Virus record (IMG/VR): IMGVR_UViG_3300005617_000382
DNA: 64,000 nt
From: an uncultured virus (IMG/VR IMGVR_UViG_3300005617_000382)
Lineage: Duplodnaviria > Heunggongvirae > Uroviricota > Caudoviricetes
Reading direction: 5' to 3' (one strand)
Positions 16,633 to 25,707 of the stretch are shown here, piece after piece. The stretch's first letter is position 1. Every line of letters begins with the position of its first letter. Made by a program: the position numbers and the translations under genes. The notes beneath the pieces were generated by a model, which saw only the letters and a list, made by a program, of their open reading frames with translations, did no database searches and was not told the DNA's origin.

Positions 16633-19600
16633 CTACGAGGCGCGCGCGGCGTCGTAGAGCTTGCGAATGTTGGGGTCGCTCTCGGTCGACTTCATGAGCG
16701 CGATCTCGTAGCTGGGCAGCTTGTGATCGTCCTGGTACTTCTCGACGGCCTTGCGAAGCTGCGCGGACGGCGCGTTGGCCAGCTCGGGGTCGTCGCCTGC
16801 GTAGCCGCGCGACTTCGTGGTGAGGCCGAGCGCGTAGTTCGCGCCCTTGAGCGCCGCCATCGCTTCCTCGTACTCGGCCGGATCGACGAACTCGGTGTTG
16901 AGCGCCTTCATGATGCGGGCACGGACGTTGCCCTTGGCGCCCTTCGCGAAGTTCGTGAGCACCTCGTCGCCGCGCTTGGCGAACGTGGCTTCGCGCTCGG
17001 CCGCTTCAGCCGCACGCTGCTTCGTGATCGCCTCGTCGGTCCGCTTGGCCATCTCGATGAGCCGGCGATCGTCGCTCTTGCGGTACACCGCGCCGTCGAT
17101 CGGTGACGTGTACACGGCTTCGTCGGCCTTCGCGATCTCGCTCAGCACGAGGTCCCTCTCGTGGCTCGACTTCGCGAGGAACGAGTCTGCCTCCGAACCG
17201 GATAGCTTCCCGAAGTGGATGCGCTGTGCATCGCTCATCGAGCTCAGCTTCTCGAGCCTGGCATTCTGCTTCTGAAGCTCCGCGATCTTGTTCTCTTGCT
17301 CGGTGGCCATTACTTGCTCCTGTGATTTCACGGTAGGGGTGGCCCCGGACCGGGGCGAATTGGCGCGCGCGGAGACAACAACCACCGACGGCGCGGCAGG
17401 TGTCGCGGGCGCAGACGGAGCCGGTGCGCCATAGAGGCTCACGCCGCAGTAACAGCAGTAGCGATCGCCTTCGTCGCACTCGGCGCCGCAGCTCGGGCAC
17501 TGCTTGCCATCGTCGTCGGCCGCTTCGGCCATCACCTCGGCCGGAACGACCTCGTCGGTGGTGTGCGTGTGGTTGGAGTCCTCGCCGATCGTGATCGCGC
17601 CGGTCGTCGCGTCGTACGTCCATGGGTGCGAGTGGCCTTGGTCGGCGCCCTCGGACGTCGCGTAGGACGTGGACAGCATCGTGGTCCACGCGTGCTCCGG
17701 GTCATCTAGGCAGATCGCGTGCTGATGCCCATCGGTGATGGACGTCAGCACGGTCATCTTCGAGACGCGGCGCTTGTAGGGCACCCACTTTTTGTCCTTG
17801 CCCTTGCCCTTGCGGCCCTTCATCAGCTCACGGATCCCGGCCCCGGCGATCGAGACGCCGTTGAACTCACCGGCGCGGACCTTCGCGAGCTGCTCCGTCG
17901 TCGGCCGAATAGCGACCATGAGGCCACTGATCTTCGTCGCGGACCCCGCAGCCTTGCCGAGCATCGCGGAAGCAATCTCGCTGTCCATCGGATACGCGAA
18001 CGCGATCCGCGACTTCTGCGCGCCGTCGTGCATCTCGTCGACGGCGCCGCCTGCCTTGACGAACTCCTCGGCTGCCCTGATGAAGTCCGGGCTCACCGCG
18101 TCGCCCTGCAGATCGTGATACGGCTGGCCGCTCTCGTCGGTGCAGGTGAACGCCCAGCAGTACAGAAGCGGATCGTCGCCCTCGCCGACCTTGACGATCC
18201 GGGCCAGCATTGCCGCCTCGACGGACTCCTGCGCACCGGCGCGCTTGATCAGTCGGATCGATGCAGTCTGCTGCGCTGGATGGTCGACAAGCGACAGGAA
18301 GTCCAGCTTCGAGAGCGTGAGCTTGAACCGAGCCGCTGGTGCCATGTCTCCGACGCTCTCGCGGGTCACCCACCCGGGGCGATTCGCAGACTTCTTCGTG
18401 CGCTTGGGCGGCTTGGCCAGCTTCGCCGGTCGCTTGTTGTACTTCGCGAGCTCCTTGATCGCGTCAGCGGTCTCCCTGATGGACTCCTTCAGGGCCTGCT
18501 GGGTGTCTTCGTCGCCGCGGAATCCCTCGTCCTCGATCGCCTGACGTGCGCTGTCGACGTCACGCTCGTAGGCGCGACGCGCGTGCGAGTACAGCGCGTC
18601 GACCTTCGGATCGGACCACTGGCCCTCGTCCTCGTCGAACGATGCCTTGCCAGCGAACTTCTCCTTGGTCCTCGCCAGAACCGCATCGTCATCGTCGGTG
18701 CTGTAGTCCTCGAGCTCCGCCGTGTCTTTCGCGTACTTCTTCGACGTGTCTTTCAGCTTGCCCAGCGCAGCAACCTGCTTCTCGTGTAGCGCCTCGAGTG
18801 CGTCCTGCGCCTCGATCGCCTTCGCATCGAACTGCTTGCGACGCTCATCACGCGCTGCGGTGTACTCCTTGGTGCTGCGCTCGTGCTCAGTCCGCCGTTG
18901 CTCGTAGTCGGCGAGGTCAGCGTCGAATTGCTCCTGCTCGTTGTCCTCGTACTGGAACCGCTCCGGCTTGTCGGCCTTGTCCCACTTGACCGGATCGCCA
19001 TCCTCGAGCTCGATCCCGAAGTCATCGAGGTTGGTTGATCTGCTGTCGGCTGCACGCTCGGCGATCGCCGCGTACTCGTCGCTCCTGTCATCGCCGTGTA
19101 GCGCGTTCGACGCCTCGCCCACGTGACCACGAAGCGCGTCGACGTCAATCTCGACATCGGCTCCGACGTCGTGCTCCTCGCTGCGGAGCGCCTCGAGCTC
19201 ATGGACCGCGGTCAGCGCCGCCTTGTGATTCGGCTCGATGTCCACTGCGATCTTCGTGATCTCGTTGTTCGCTTCGACGGCTCCCTCGCGCGCGCGGTGG
19301 ACGACGCTGGGCAGCGCGGGCACGAGGTCCGCCTTGCGCGCCTGTTGCTCCCCGATGATCTCGGCCGCAGCCGCATGCATCGCGCGCGCTCCCGCGGCCT
19401 GCGCGTCCTCGTGGCTCAGCCTGATGATCTGTCCCGAAGCGCTGTCAAGCCGCCTGCCCGCGGAGTCGGCCGCTTCCTTGAGCCGCTTGCCGTGCTCAGC
19501 GAGGAAGCTCTCGTCGGCGAGCGCGTGCTCGGGGCTCTCATGTTCCTTGCCTCCGATGCCGCCACCGCCGCTCGTGAACTTCCCGCCTTCCCCGCGCGGA

Positions 19601-19635
19601 TGCTTGTCTTCCTCGAAGTCGCCGAACCCGGCCAT
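16633..19635 (-). CDS. Multidomain head protein: acidic N-terminal region + XkdF-like prohead protease + zinc ribbon + scaffold
   Basis: 'FEEDKHPRGEGGKF' N-terminal motif; 'LSLVDHPAQ', 'YHDLQGD...EMH...GEFNGVSIAG' (XkdF-like serine peptidase); CPSC...CCYC; coiled-coil C-terminus. Confidence 0.75.
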   Translation of the reverse strand: MAGFGDFEEDKHPRGEGGKFTSGGGGIGGKEHESPEHALADESFLAEHGKRLKEAADSAGRRLDSASGQIIRLSHEDAQAAGARAMHAAAAEIIGEQQARKADLVPALPSVVHRAREGAVEANNEITKIAVDIEPNHKAALTAVHELEALRSEEHDVGADVEIDVDALRGHVGEASNALHGDDRSDEYAAIAERAADSRSTNLDDFGIELEDGDPVKWDKADKPERFQYEDNEQEQFDADLADYEQRRTEHERSTKEYTAARDERRKQFDAKAIEAQDALEALHEKQVAALGKLKDTSKKYAKDTAELEDYSTDDDDAVLARTKEKFAGKASFDEDEGQWSDPKVDALYSHARRAYERDVDSARQAIEDEGFRGDEDTQQALKESIRETADAIKELAKYNKRPAKLAKPPKRTKKSANRPGWVTRESVGDMAPAARFKLTLSKLDFLSLVDHPAQQTASIRLIKRAGAQESVEAAMLARIVKVGEGDDPLLYCWAFTCTDESGQPYHDLQGDAVSPDFIRAAEEFVKAGGAVDEMHDGAQKSRIAFAYPMDSEIASAMLGKAAGSATKISGLMVAIRPTTEQLAKVRAGEFNGVSIAGAGIRELMKGRKGKGKDKKWVPYKRRVSKMTVLTSITDGHQHAICLDDPEHAWTTMLSTSYATSEGADQGHSHPWTYDATTGAITIGEDSNHTHTTDEVVPAEVMAEAADDDGKQCPSCGAECDEGDRYCCYCGVSLYGAPAPSAPATPAAPSVVVVSARANSPRSGATPTVKSQEQVMATEQENKIAELQKQNARLEKLSSMSDAQRIHFGKLSGSEADSFLAKSSHERDLVLSEIAKADEAVYTSPIDGAVYRKSDDRRLIEMAKRTDEAITKQRAAEAAEREATFAKRGDEVLTNFAKGAKGNVRARIMKALNTEFVDPAEYEEAMAALKGANYALGLTTKSRGYAGDDPELANAPSAQLRKAVEKYQDDHKLPSYEIALMKSTESDPNIRKLYDAARAS

Positions 19636-19672
19636 GCACCCAAGCGTCGCTGCGCCTACATATCCGGGGCGA

Positions 19673-20647
19673 TTACGCGGCGTTGAGCCGTGTCGTCACC
19701 GTGCATCGGCACCCGATCGTCTCCTCGGCCCCGGCATCCGGATCCCCGGGGTAGCGCAGCTCGACGCCGCGACCGCTGACGAATGGCTCATCCCATCCGC
19801 GCTTCTGGCCGTGCATCTCGCGATGGAACTCTCGCTCGTTCGCCTTGTTCCTCGCCCGCGGGCTGTGCACCCAGGTCCGCTCTATCTGGTCGGCCGAGAT
19901 GTCGCCCCGCGAGATGGCCTGCCGGTACAGCTCGGCGCTGCCCTGGTGCGCCACGCGCTGTGTCTCGGTGCGGGCGATCGTCTCCGAGCGCAGCGTAATA
20001 AAGTTGTCGCGGTACCGGTTCACGGCGAGATCGATCTGCGCGGAGGTCAGCGGCTTGTTGGCGCGCATCGCGGCTCCGATCGTCTGATCGCTGGCGCCGC
20101 TAGACAGTTCGCGCTCGAGCGCCGCCGCGAGGTCGCCGCCCTCGAGCTGGCGACGGTAGTTCTGGACGATCTCCTCCTGTGCCGCGGTGAGCCCGATGCT
20201 GTTGCGGAATTCTCGCGCGATCACGATCGGATTCGCGCCGCTGCGCGCGCCGCCGATGAGCGCCTGCCGAATCAGGTCGCGCTGCTCGACGGTAAGGTCT
20301 CGGATCAGCTGCAGACGATTCGCCTCGGCCCACTGCAGCGCAGGCGGATCGAGCGCGTCGAAGTGAGGGAGCTTCTTGCTGACCCGGGCGGACTTCGAGA
20401 TCTCGCCCGCGATCCAGCGCGCTGAGGTCTGGCCGGCCGAGACGTACGCGGCATGCTGGGCCGCCGCGAAGCTGGCGACCGCGGCATCCCAGCCGCGGAG
20501 CACGAGGCTCGGCTCCTGAGCGTAGAGCCGTCCGGCGATAGACTCGGCGGGGTTCTCGTCGAGCAGGTGCTGCCACATCGCGAGCCACGCGCGGTTCAGC
20601 TCGCCGCGCGTGCGCGCGAGCATGCGGTCCATGGCGTCAGCATCCAT
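19673..20647 (-). CDS. Head morphogenesis protein (MuF/SPP1 gp7-like)
   Basis: 'RSETIARTET', 'H..MHGQ...EPF...LRYPGDP...ETIGCRC'. Confidence 0.85.
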   Translation of the reverse strand: MDADAMDRMLARTRGELNRAWLAMWQHLLDENPAESIAGRLYAQEPSLVLRGWDAAVASFAAAQHAAYVSAGQTSARWIAGEISKSARVSKKLPHFDALDPPALQWAEANRLQLIRDLTVEQRDLIRQALIGGARSGANPIVIAREFRNSIGLTAAQEEIVQNYRRQLEGGDLAAALERELSSGASDQTIGAAMRANKPLTSAQIDLAVNRYRDNFITLRSETIARTETQRVAHQGSAELYRQAISRGDISADQIERTWVHSPRARNKANEREFHREMHGQKRGWDEPFVSGRGVELRYPGDPDAGAEETIGCRCTVTTRLNAA

Positions 20648-20697
20648 GGGTCATGTCCTGTGGAATCGCGGAGATGCAGGTCTCATGGTGGGTGGGC

Positions 20698-20732
20698 TTG
20701 CGTTCGGTCGAAGGTGTAGCTACACTTTCAAT
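20698..20732 (+). promoter_or_regulatory. Sigma70-like leaderless promoter with overlapping palindrome
   Basis: TTGCGT-N17-TACACT-N6-ATG(20733); perfect palindrome GTGTAGCTACAC overlaps the -10. Confidence 0.55.
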
Positions 20733-21023
20733 ATGAGCAAGGCGTCCAATAAACACTCCATTAAGGCGCTGCCTGCGCTGCGCGCGTCGCTGATCTGGTT
20801 CAAGCGCGAGACCGTCCGCTCCCTGAAGCGTCGCGCCCTGGAGATGTCGTCGCCCCGGATGCGCATGACTCTTTTCGAGAAAGCGCGCAAGGTCGCTGCC
20901 ACTGACCTCGCCGATCTGCGGCTTGCCTACCAGGCCAACCGCGTGAGCGAGATTAGGAAAGCTCGGAGGTTTGAACTGGCACGAGTGGTGCCTGGTATCG
21001 TGTGGCTCGAGGCCTCCACGTGA
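20733..21023 (+). CDS. Basic hypothetical protein
   Basis: ORF after the promoter; stop overlaps the next GTG. Confidence 0.5.
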   Translation: MSKASNKHSIKALPALRASLIWFKRETVRSLKRRALEMSSPRMRMTLFEKARKVAATDLADLRLAYQANRVSEIRKARRFELARVVPGIVWLEAST

Positions 21024-21205
21024 CCCGCGGCGGCGCTCGCCAAAACTCCGGCTACGAGCCTCACGCTGGCACGCCCCGAGAGCGCACACTGCGGTTCCGG
21101 GTCTCCGAGGCTGAGGGCGCGGAGATTGACGCAGCTGTGCCAGATGGTGAGCTGAGCGACCTGTGCAGGACGCTGCTACTCGCCCACATCCGATCCCGCC
21201 CGTAG
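21020..21205 (+). CDS. Small ribbon-helix-helix-like DNA-binding protein
   Basis: 'RGGARQNSG...RERTLRFRVSEAE..EI...LSDLCR'. Confidence 0.55.
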   Translation: MTRGGARQNSGYEPHAGTPRERTLRFRVSEAEGAEIDAAVPDGELSDLCRTLLLAHIRSRP

Positions 21206-21208
21206 CCA

Positions 21209-21586
21209 TCACGTCCTGCACTGACAAACGTAGCAAGCGCTCGCAGGATCTCTGGTCACCCCGCCAGCCACGATCGTGCTCGTCACGCCTTCCATCGAGA
21301 TGTGGTCGCCCGGCTCCGGCACGATGCCGACCGGCAGCCGCGCGCCGTACAGCCGGATCACGCGGTCTGCGCCGGTGATCAGCGTTCCCGAGAGCATCAG
21401 CGTGTGCACGTCGACCGGGATGCCCACCGCAGGATAGCTCACCGTGGTCGGGTTGGTCCCCGCGGTCACGCTGCCCGGCGTGCGCGTGCCTGGCGTAACC
21501 TTGATCAGCGTCGCCGGCTTCGACATGCCAGCGCCGATCAACGCATCGGCCACCAGCTTCGCGATGTCGCCGTCGAGGAAGCCCAC
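21209..21586 (-). CDS. Head closure / head-tail joining protein
   Basis: 'ATLIKVTPG...PEPGDHI...VTRDPASACYVCQCR'; synteny. Confidence 0.6.
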   Translation of the reverse strand: MGFLDGDIAKLVADALIGAGMSKPATLIKVTPGTRTPGSVTAGTNPTTVSYPAVGIPVDVHTLMLSGTLITGADRVIRLYGARLPVGIVPEPGDHISMEGVTSTIVAGGVTRDPASACYVCQCRT

Positions 21587-21891
21587 TATTTCTCCTCGCG
21601 GCGGTAAATCGACACCGGGCACACATCGAACGCGTAGCTGTCATCGAGTCCGCGACCCCGCGGGTGCTCCCACTCCGCCGCGAACCGAGCGCACCCGAGC
21701 GCGTCACGAAGCACGTGGTACAGCGGGTTGTCTTCCGTGATGCGGACGCGCACATCCTGGCCCTCGCGACCAGCGCGTAGCTCGAGCGCGTCGGCCTCTT
21801 CGCGCAGCCACAGCGAGCGCCGTCCTACCGCATCGATGCGCCCGATCCGGTGGAATCCTTCGCGCGCGAGTCCAACGTCTACGTCGTTCAT
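21586..21891 (-). CDS. Hypothetical protein
   Basis: Translationally coupled on both sides. Confidence 0.45.
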   Translation of the reverse strand: MNDVDVGLAREGFHRIGRIDAVGRRSLWLREEADALELRAGREGQDVRVRITEDNPLYHVLRDALGCARFAAEWEHPRGRGLDDSYAFDVCPVSIYRREEK

Positions 21892-22490
21892 TCGGGCCTC
21901 ACCAGCGCGAACCCAGCGGCAGACCGGAACGACGAGACGCAGTTCCCGCCGTGCGAGTCACCGCCCTCGACGGCGCCCGACGACGAGATCGCCAGGAACT
22001 GACCTACGAGCCGCTGAATCACGATCGGCATAACGCTGGCCGTCCCCGATCGAGCGGACGTCGCGTTGAAGAACGTCACCCCGACACCGCCACCAGACGA
22101 GACCGACTGGATGTTCGAGCCCTGATCGGCCTTGCTGACCACAGACGGATCACCGGCGACGAGCAGCGCGAGCTCGAACGTCGCCTGCACGATCTCGATC
22201 GGCACTGACAGCTCCGACACTGGCGTCCCGCTGCCGGTCGTGACCCCGGACCGCGGCCACTCGAGCGTGGTCACGTCGACGCCGACGAGCCCCGTTCTCG
22301 TGCCGTCCCACGGCTGCACGTCCAGATACCGCGTGGCCTCGACGAGCGTGCGACCGCGATCGTCGGTAGACAGCGCGCCCCACGCCGCGGGCGCCGGTCC
22401 GAACTTACCGCCGATGTACACCGCGGCTGCGGTGAGCCCGCCGTAGACCTCGTAGGTGTTGGCACCGATCGTGACGGTGAAGATGGCCAC
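21888..22490 (-). CDS. Head-tail adaptor (DnaT-like family)
   Basis: 'LVEATRYLD...W.G.R...LEWPR...VPIEIVQATFELAL'. Confidence 0.7.
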   Translation of the reverse strand: MAIFTVTIGANTYEVYGGLTAAAVYIGGKFGPAPAAWGALSTDDRGRTLVEATRYLDVQPWDGTRTGLVGVDVTTLEWPRSGVTTGSGTPVSELSVPIEIVQATFELALLVAGDPSVVSKADQGSNIQSVSSGGGVGVTFFNATSARSGTASVMPIVIQRLVGQFLAISSSGAVEGGDSHGGNCVSSFRSAAGFALVRPE

Positions 22491-22527
22491 ACCTCAGCGT
22501 CGCGCGCAGCCTGCTACGGGGTCGAGA

Positions 22528-24270
22528 TCAGTGCTCCTGCTTGTTCTTCGCGCCGTCGCTCGCGTTGCACGACCGACACAGCGCTTGAAGCTTCACGCCG
22601 TCGTCGTACTCTTCCCAGTACTTGATGGCTCGCTGCTTCCGGGACAGCGCGGCCGGATCCCAGTTGCGCCCGTCGACGTGGTCGATCTCGAGCCTGTGTC
22701 CGGTCTCACTACACCCCGCGCACTTGCCACTCGGAGCGAGCTTATCGAGGAGTGCAGCGATGGTGCGATCGGTCTTTACGACCCCCGCCTCGTCGATGAC
22801 CGCATCCTCCTCGCTGCTCGCTGGATCCGGCGATCCGCCTTCATCCACGAAGCCCGGCACCTGCACCTGCGGTCCGCGGCGCAGTGCGCCGAGCATCTCC
22901 GGTGCGAGTTCGGGCTCCGGTGGCAGGTGGAGCCGCTCGCGGATGATGTCCCGCGCCGGATCGTCGGGCGCCAGCGCCGCCATCGAGAGCAGCTGTAGCG
23001 CGCGGCACGTCTCGGCCACGGCCTCGGTCGAGATCGGCTGGGCCACGAGCGTCGGGGTAGCGCGGCGGACGTCGAGCCCGGCGAGTCCGACGAGCGGGGC
23101 CGCGAGGTCGTTCGTCGCGAACGCGGCCATCTCCGTCAGGGTCGTCTGCAACGACGTGGCGAACAGCGTCGTCTTGTCGGCCGAGAGCGCGAACGATCCG
23201 GCACCATCCGCACCCATCATCGCGAACTCGATGCCGAGCACGCGCGCCATCTCAAGCTGTCGCCGGCGGATCGCGTTGTCGATCTCGGTGAGTCCGGCCG
23301 CCTCGCCCTTGAGCAGTTCGATCTCCCATCGCCTGATCGATGAGATCGTGTTCGGATCCGTGCCCTGGTACGTCGATGAGTCGAGGAACAACGACTGCAG
23401 CTTCTCGGGCGACTTGACGATGTTCAGCAAGAAATTTCGAAGGTTAACCGTCCGGTCGGAGACATGCGCTGCGATCTTCGCCGCGTCCTTCCCGACCTCG
23501 GCCTCGGCGTCACGCAGCAGCTCGCGCAGCGGCGCCCGGCCGATCGGCACGCCACGCAGGTCGGTCTCGAACGCGAACCCCTCGATCCCCTCGAGCGTCT
23601 TGACCTGGTCAACGAGATCGACGATGTGGCGCAACAGGCCGACGCCGTCGGGCTGCTCGGTCAGCAGCGAGTCGACGCAGTAGAACAGCCGGTTGCGCGG
23701 AACGACGTACGCGTGGCCGGCGATCGTGCGCTGACCGATCGCCGACCACGGCTCCTGCTCGGACGGCTTCTCCCACCGGTCGATCGTGTACTGCGGCCGG
23801 TGGTGTAGCCCCGTGAACGCCCACTCGTCGTTGAGCCCGACGCGGTCCGCGGTCCACTCGTGCAAGCTGAAGCCGAACAGCTTGTACAGCGACGCCTTGC
23901 GCACCACGGATCCCCATGGGGTCCCCATGCGTGCCTTGAGCAGACCGCGCGTGACGATCTCGGCGCCGAGCACCGCTTCGGGCCCGCCTGCGTCGTTGGG
24001 CTGTGCCGACCACTTCGTGCCCGCGAGCAGGTCACAGCGGTAGCGCACACCGGTCGCGACGATCGCCGCGTTCACCGCGTTGGCGTAGGTGATCCACTTC
24101 TGCGGGCCGACGAGCCGCGGGTTGGCCTCGGGCGAGGACAGGTAGCCGCCCCACGCCATGACGCCGTCGCCACCATTGGGACGCTGCGGTGGCGCGGGGG
24201 CAGCGGCCGCCTGTGTGCCGTAGCCGAACAGACCGCCGATGGCGCGACCGACGGTGTTGAAGAGTCCCAC
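22528..24270 (-). CDS. Portal protein (DUF935/Mu gp29-like) with C-terminal HNH domain
   Basis: Portal motifs 'LFGFSLHEW', 'PDGVGLLR', 'RDLRGVP'-like, 'GSFALS'; C-terminus CAGC...LEIDHVDG...LQALCRSCN. Confidence 0.8.
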   Translation of the reverse strand: MGLFNTVGRAIGGLFGYGTQAAAAPAPPQRPNGGDGVMAWGGYLSSPEANPRLVGPQKWITYANAVNAAIVATGVRYRCDLLAGTKWSAQPNDAGGPEAVLGAEIVTRGLLKARMGTPWGSVVRKASLYKLFGFSLHEWTADRVGLNDEWAFTGLHHRPQYTIDRWEKPSEQEPWSAIGQRTIAGHAYVVPRNRLFYCVDSLLTEQPDGVGLLRHIVDLVDQVKTLEGIEGFAFETDLRGVPIGRAPLRELLRDAEAEVGKDAAKIAAHVSDRTVNLRNFLLNIVKSPEKLQSLFLDSSTYQGTDPNTISSIRRWEIELLKGEAAGLTEIDNAIRRRQLEMARVLGIEFAMMGADGAGSFALSADKTTLFATSLQTTLTEMAAFATNDLAAPLVGLAGLDVRRATPTLVAQPISTEAVAETCRALQLLSMAALAPDDPARDIIRERLHLPPEPELAPEMLGALRRGPQVQVPGFVDEGGSPDPASSEEDAVIDEAGVVKTDRTIAALLDKLAPSGKCAGCSETGHRLEIDHVDGRNWDPAALSRKQRAIKYWEEYDDGVKLQALCRSCNASDGAKNKQEH

Positions 24271-24314
24271 CCTGAGGAGGGTGACCGCGGTAAGGGTGGC
24301 GGGGCGAGATGGCG

Positions 24315-24479
24315 TCAGGGGCGGAGCGACGGCATCATCGCAAGCTCGATCATCCGCTGTCGTAGGCGCGCGAGGCACTCGGCCACCTCAGGCGCGTCGC
24401 GCGGTGCCACGTACGCACCACGTGACCTATACCGGTCCGCGTCATCGCGCCACCAGCGGACGGGTGACGTCTTGCTCAT
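24315..24479 (-). CDS. Hypothetical protein
   Basis: ATGA-coupled small ORF. Confidence 0.35.
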   Translation of the reverse strand: MSKTSPVRWWRDDADRYRSRGAYVAPRDAPEVAECLARLRQRMIELAMMPSLRP

Positions 24480-24730
24480 GGCTCCTCGCATGCCAGCATC
24501 AGCGCGCGCTCGAGTGTTGCGGCCGCTACCGAGCAACTGCCCACGGGGGAATCCGGGTGCCAGCTGATCTCCCAGACCTCGCCGGTGGCAATCATCTGCG
24601 TGCGATCTTCGGGCTCGATGGTACAGGCGTCCAACGCGTCAATCTTCTCTAGCCACTGGGTGACGGTCTCGTAGCACACGGCGTGCGGCTGGTGTTCGAT
24701 CCTCAGGTTGAGGTGGCGCGGCAACTTCAC
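24476..24730 (-). CDS. Hypothetical protein
   Basis: Coupled ORF; 'WEISWHPDSPVG' conserved-looking motif. Confidence 0.5.
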   Translation of the reverse strand: MKLPRHLNLRIEHQPHAVCYETVTQWLEKIDALDACTIEPEDRTQMIATGEVWEISWHPDSPVGSCSVAAATLERALMLACEEP

Positions 24731-25491
24731 TCGGCTGCCTCGAACGCCGCCTTGAAGTCATCGTCCTGCATCGCAACTCGCATGACGCCATCGAACTCGA
24801 CCACCCAATCGCCGTCGCTGATCCGAACCTCGCCGCGACCGGTGTCCAGCCGATGACCGTCAGGGAAGCCGTCATCGCGTCCGAACGGGCTGTCCTTGAT
24901 GTAACCCTGCCTGATGCCTTCCGGCCACGGCTTGACGTCTCGAAAGAACCGAACCGCGGCTATTGCGACACGCGGACGGATGTTCACTCCGACACCGCCT
25001 GCTTGGCCCGTGCTGCCAGTGAGGATCGCGATGAGATGCTGGGCCTTCTCTCCGATGTCTTCGACACCGAGTTCCAGGGCCAGTCGGTGTATGGCGTTAT
25101 ACCACGGAGTGGCCGGCATCGGCGACAGCTCGAGGTCGAGTCGGCTAACCAGGACAGACTTCACTCGGCCGAGTCGTCCGGCACGTAGACGGTATGCACG
25201 CTCCGCACGTTCCTCGGTCACCTCGAGCGAGTCGAAGCCGTAAAGCTCGCACACGGCGTACACGTTGAAGTGCTCCGGAGGCGTCAGCTTGACGTGCGGG
25301 CCGTGCCACACGACAACGCCCGGACCGGACGTCACAGTGATCGTCCTCGAGCCGGGTGCCGTATCTGACACCTTCGAGATCCTGTCGATCGCCGCGATCG
25401 CCGCATCGCGGGCCGGATGTCCGACCGCATCGGCGATGACCGATCGAGCCGCAACCAGCGCAGCGACGTCTTCGTCGGAGATCGTCTTCAT
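24727..25491 (-). CDS. Hypothetical protein
   Basis: Coupled ORF; N-terminal motif shared with 11258-11602; C-terminal 'LDT..GEVRISDGDWVV'. Confidence 0.5.
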   Translation of the reverse strand: MKTISDEDVAALVAARSVIADAVGHPARDAAIAAIDRISKVSDTAPGSRTITVTSGPGVVVWHGPHVKLTPPEHFNVYAVCELYGFDSLEVTEERAERAYRLRAGRLGRVKSVLVSRLDLELSPMPATPWYNAIHRLALELGVEDIGEKAQHLIAILTGSTGQAGGVGVNIRPRVAIAAVRFFRDVKPWPEGIRQGYIKDSPFGRDDGFPDGHRLDTGRGEVRISDGDWVVEFDGVMRVAMQDDDFKAAFEAAE

Positions 25492-25694
25492 GCCGAGATC
25501 TCGATGGTCACGCGTCCGCCGCGGTCGAGCCTCGTAATGACGTCACGGACGATCCATCTCTGGAACACGGGATCCGTATAGGCAAGCGCGGTGACTTCGA
25601 CGTCGACCTTGGACACCGATCGACCGGTCAGGTTGGCTCCGACGCTGCACTCTTCACTCGTTCCATTCGGGTAGGTCACCAGCACTCGGTTCAT
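25488..25694 (-). CDS. Hypothetical protein
   Basis: RBS GGAGGAG upstream; coupled to the next gene. Confidence 0.4.
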   Translation of the reverse strand: MNRVLVTYPNGTSEECSVGANLTGRSVSKVDVEVTALAYTDPVFQRWIVRDVITRLDRGGRVTIEISA

Positions 25695-25707
25695 CTCCTC
25701 CACCCTA

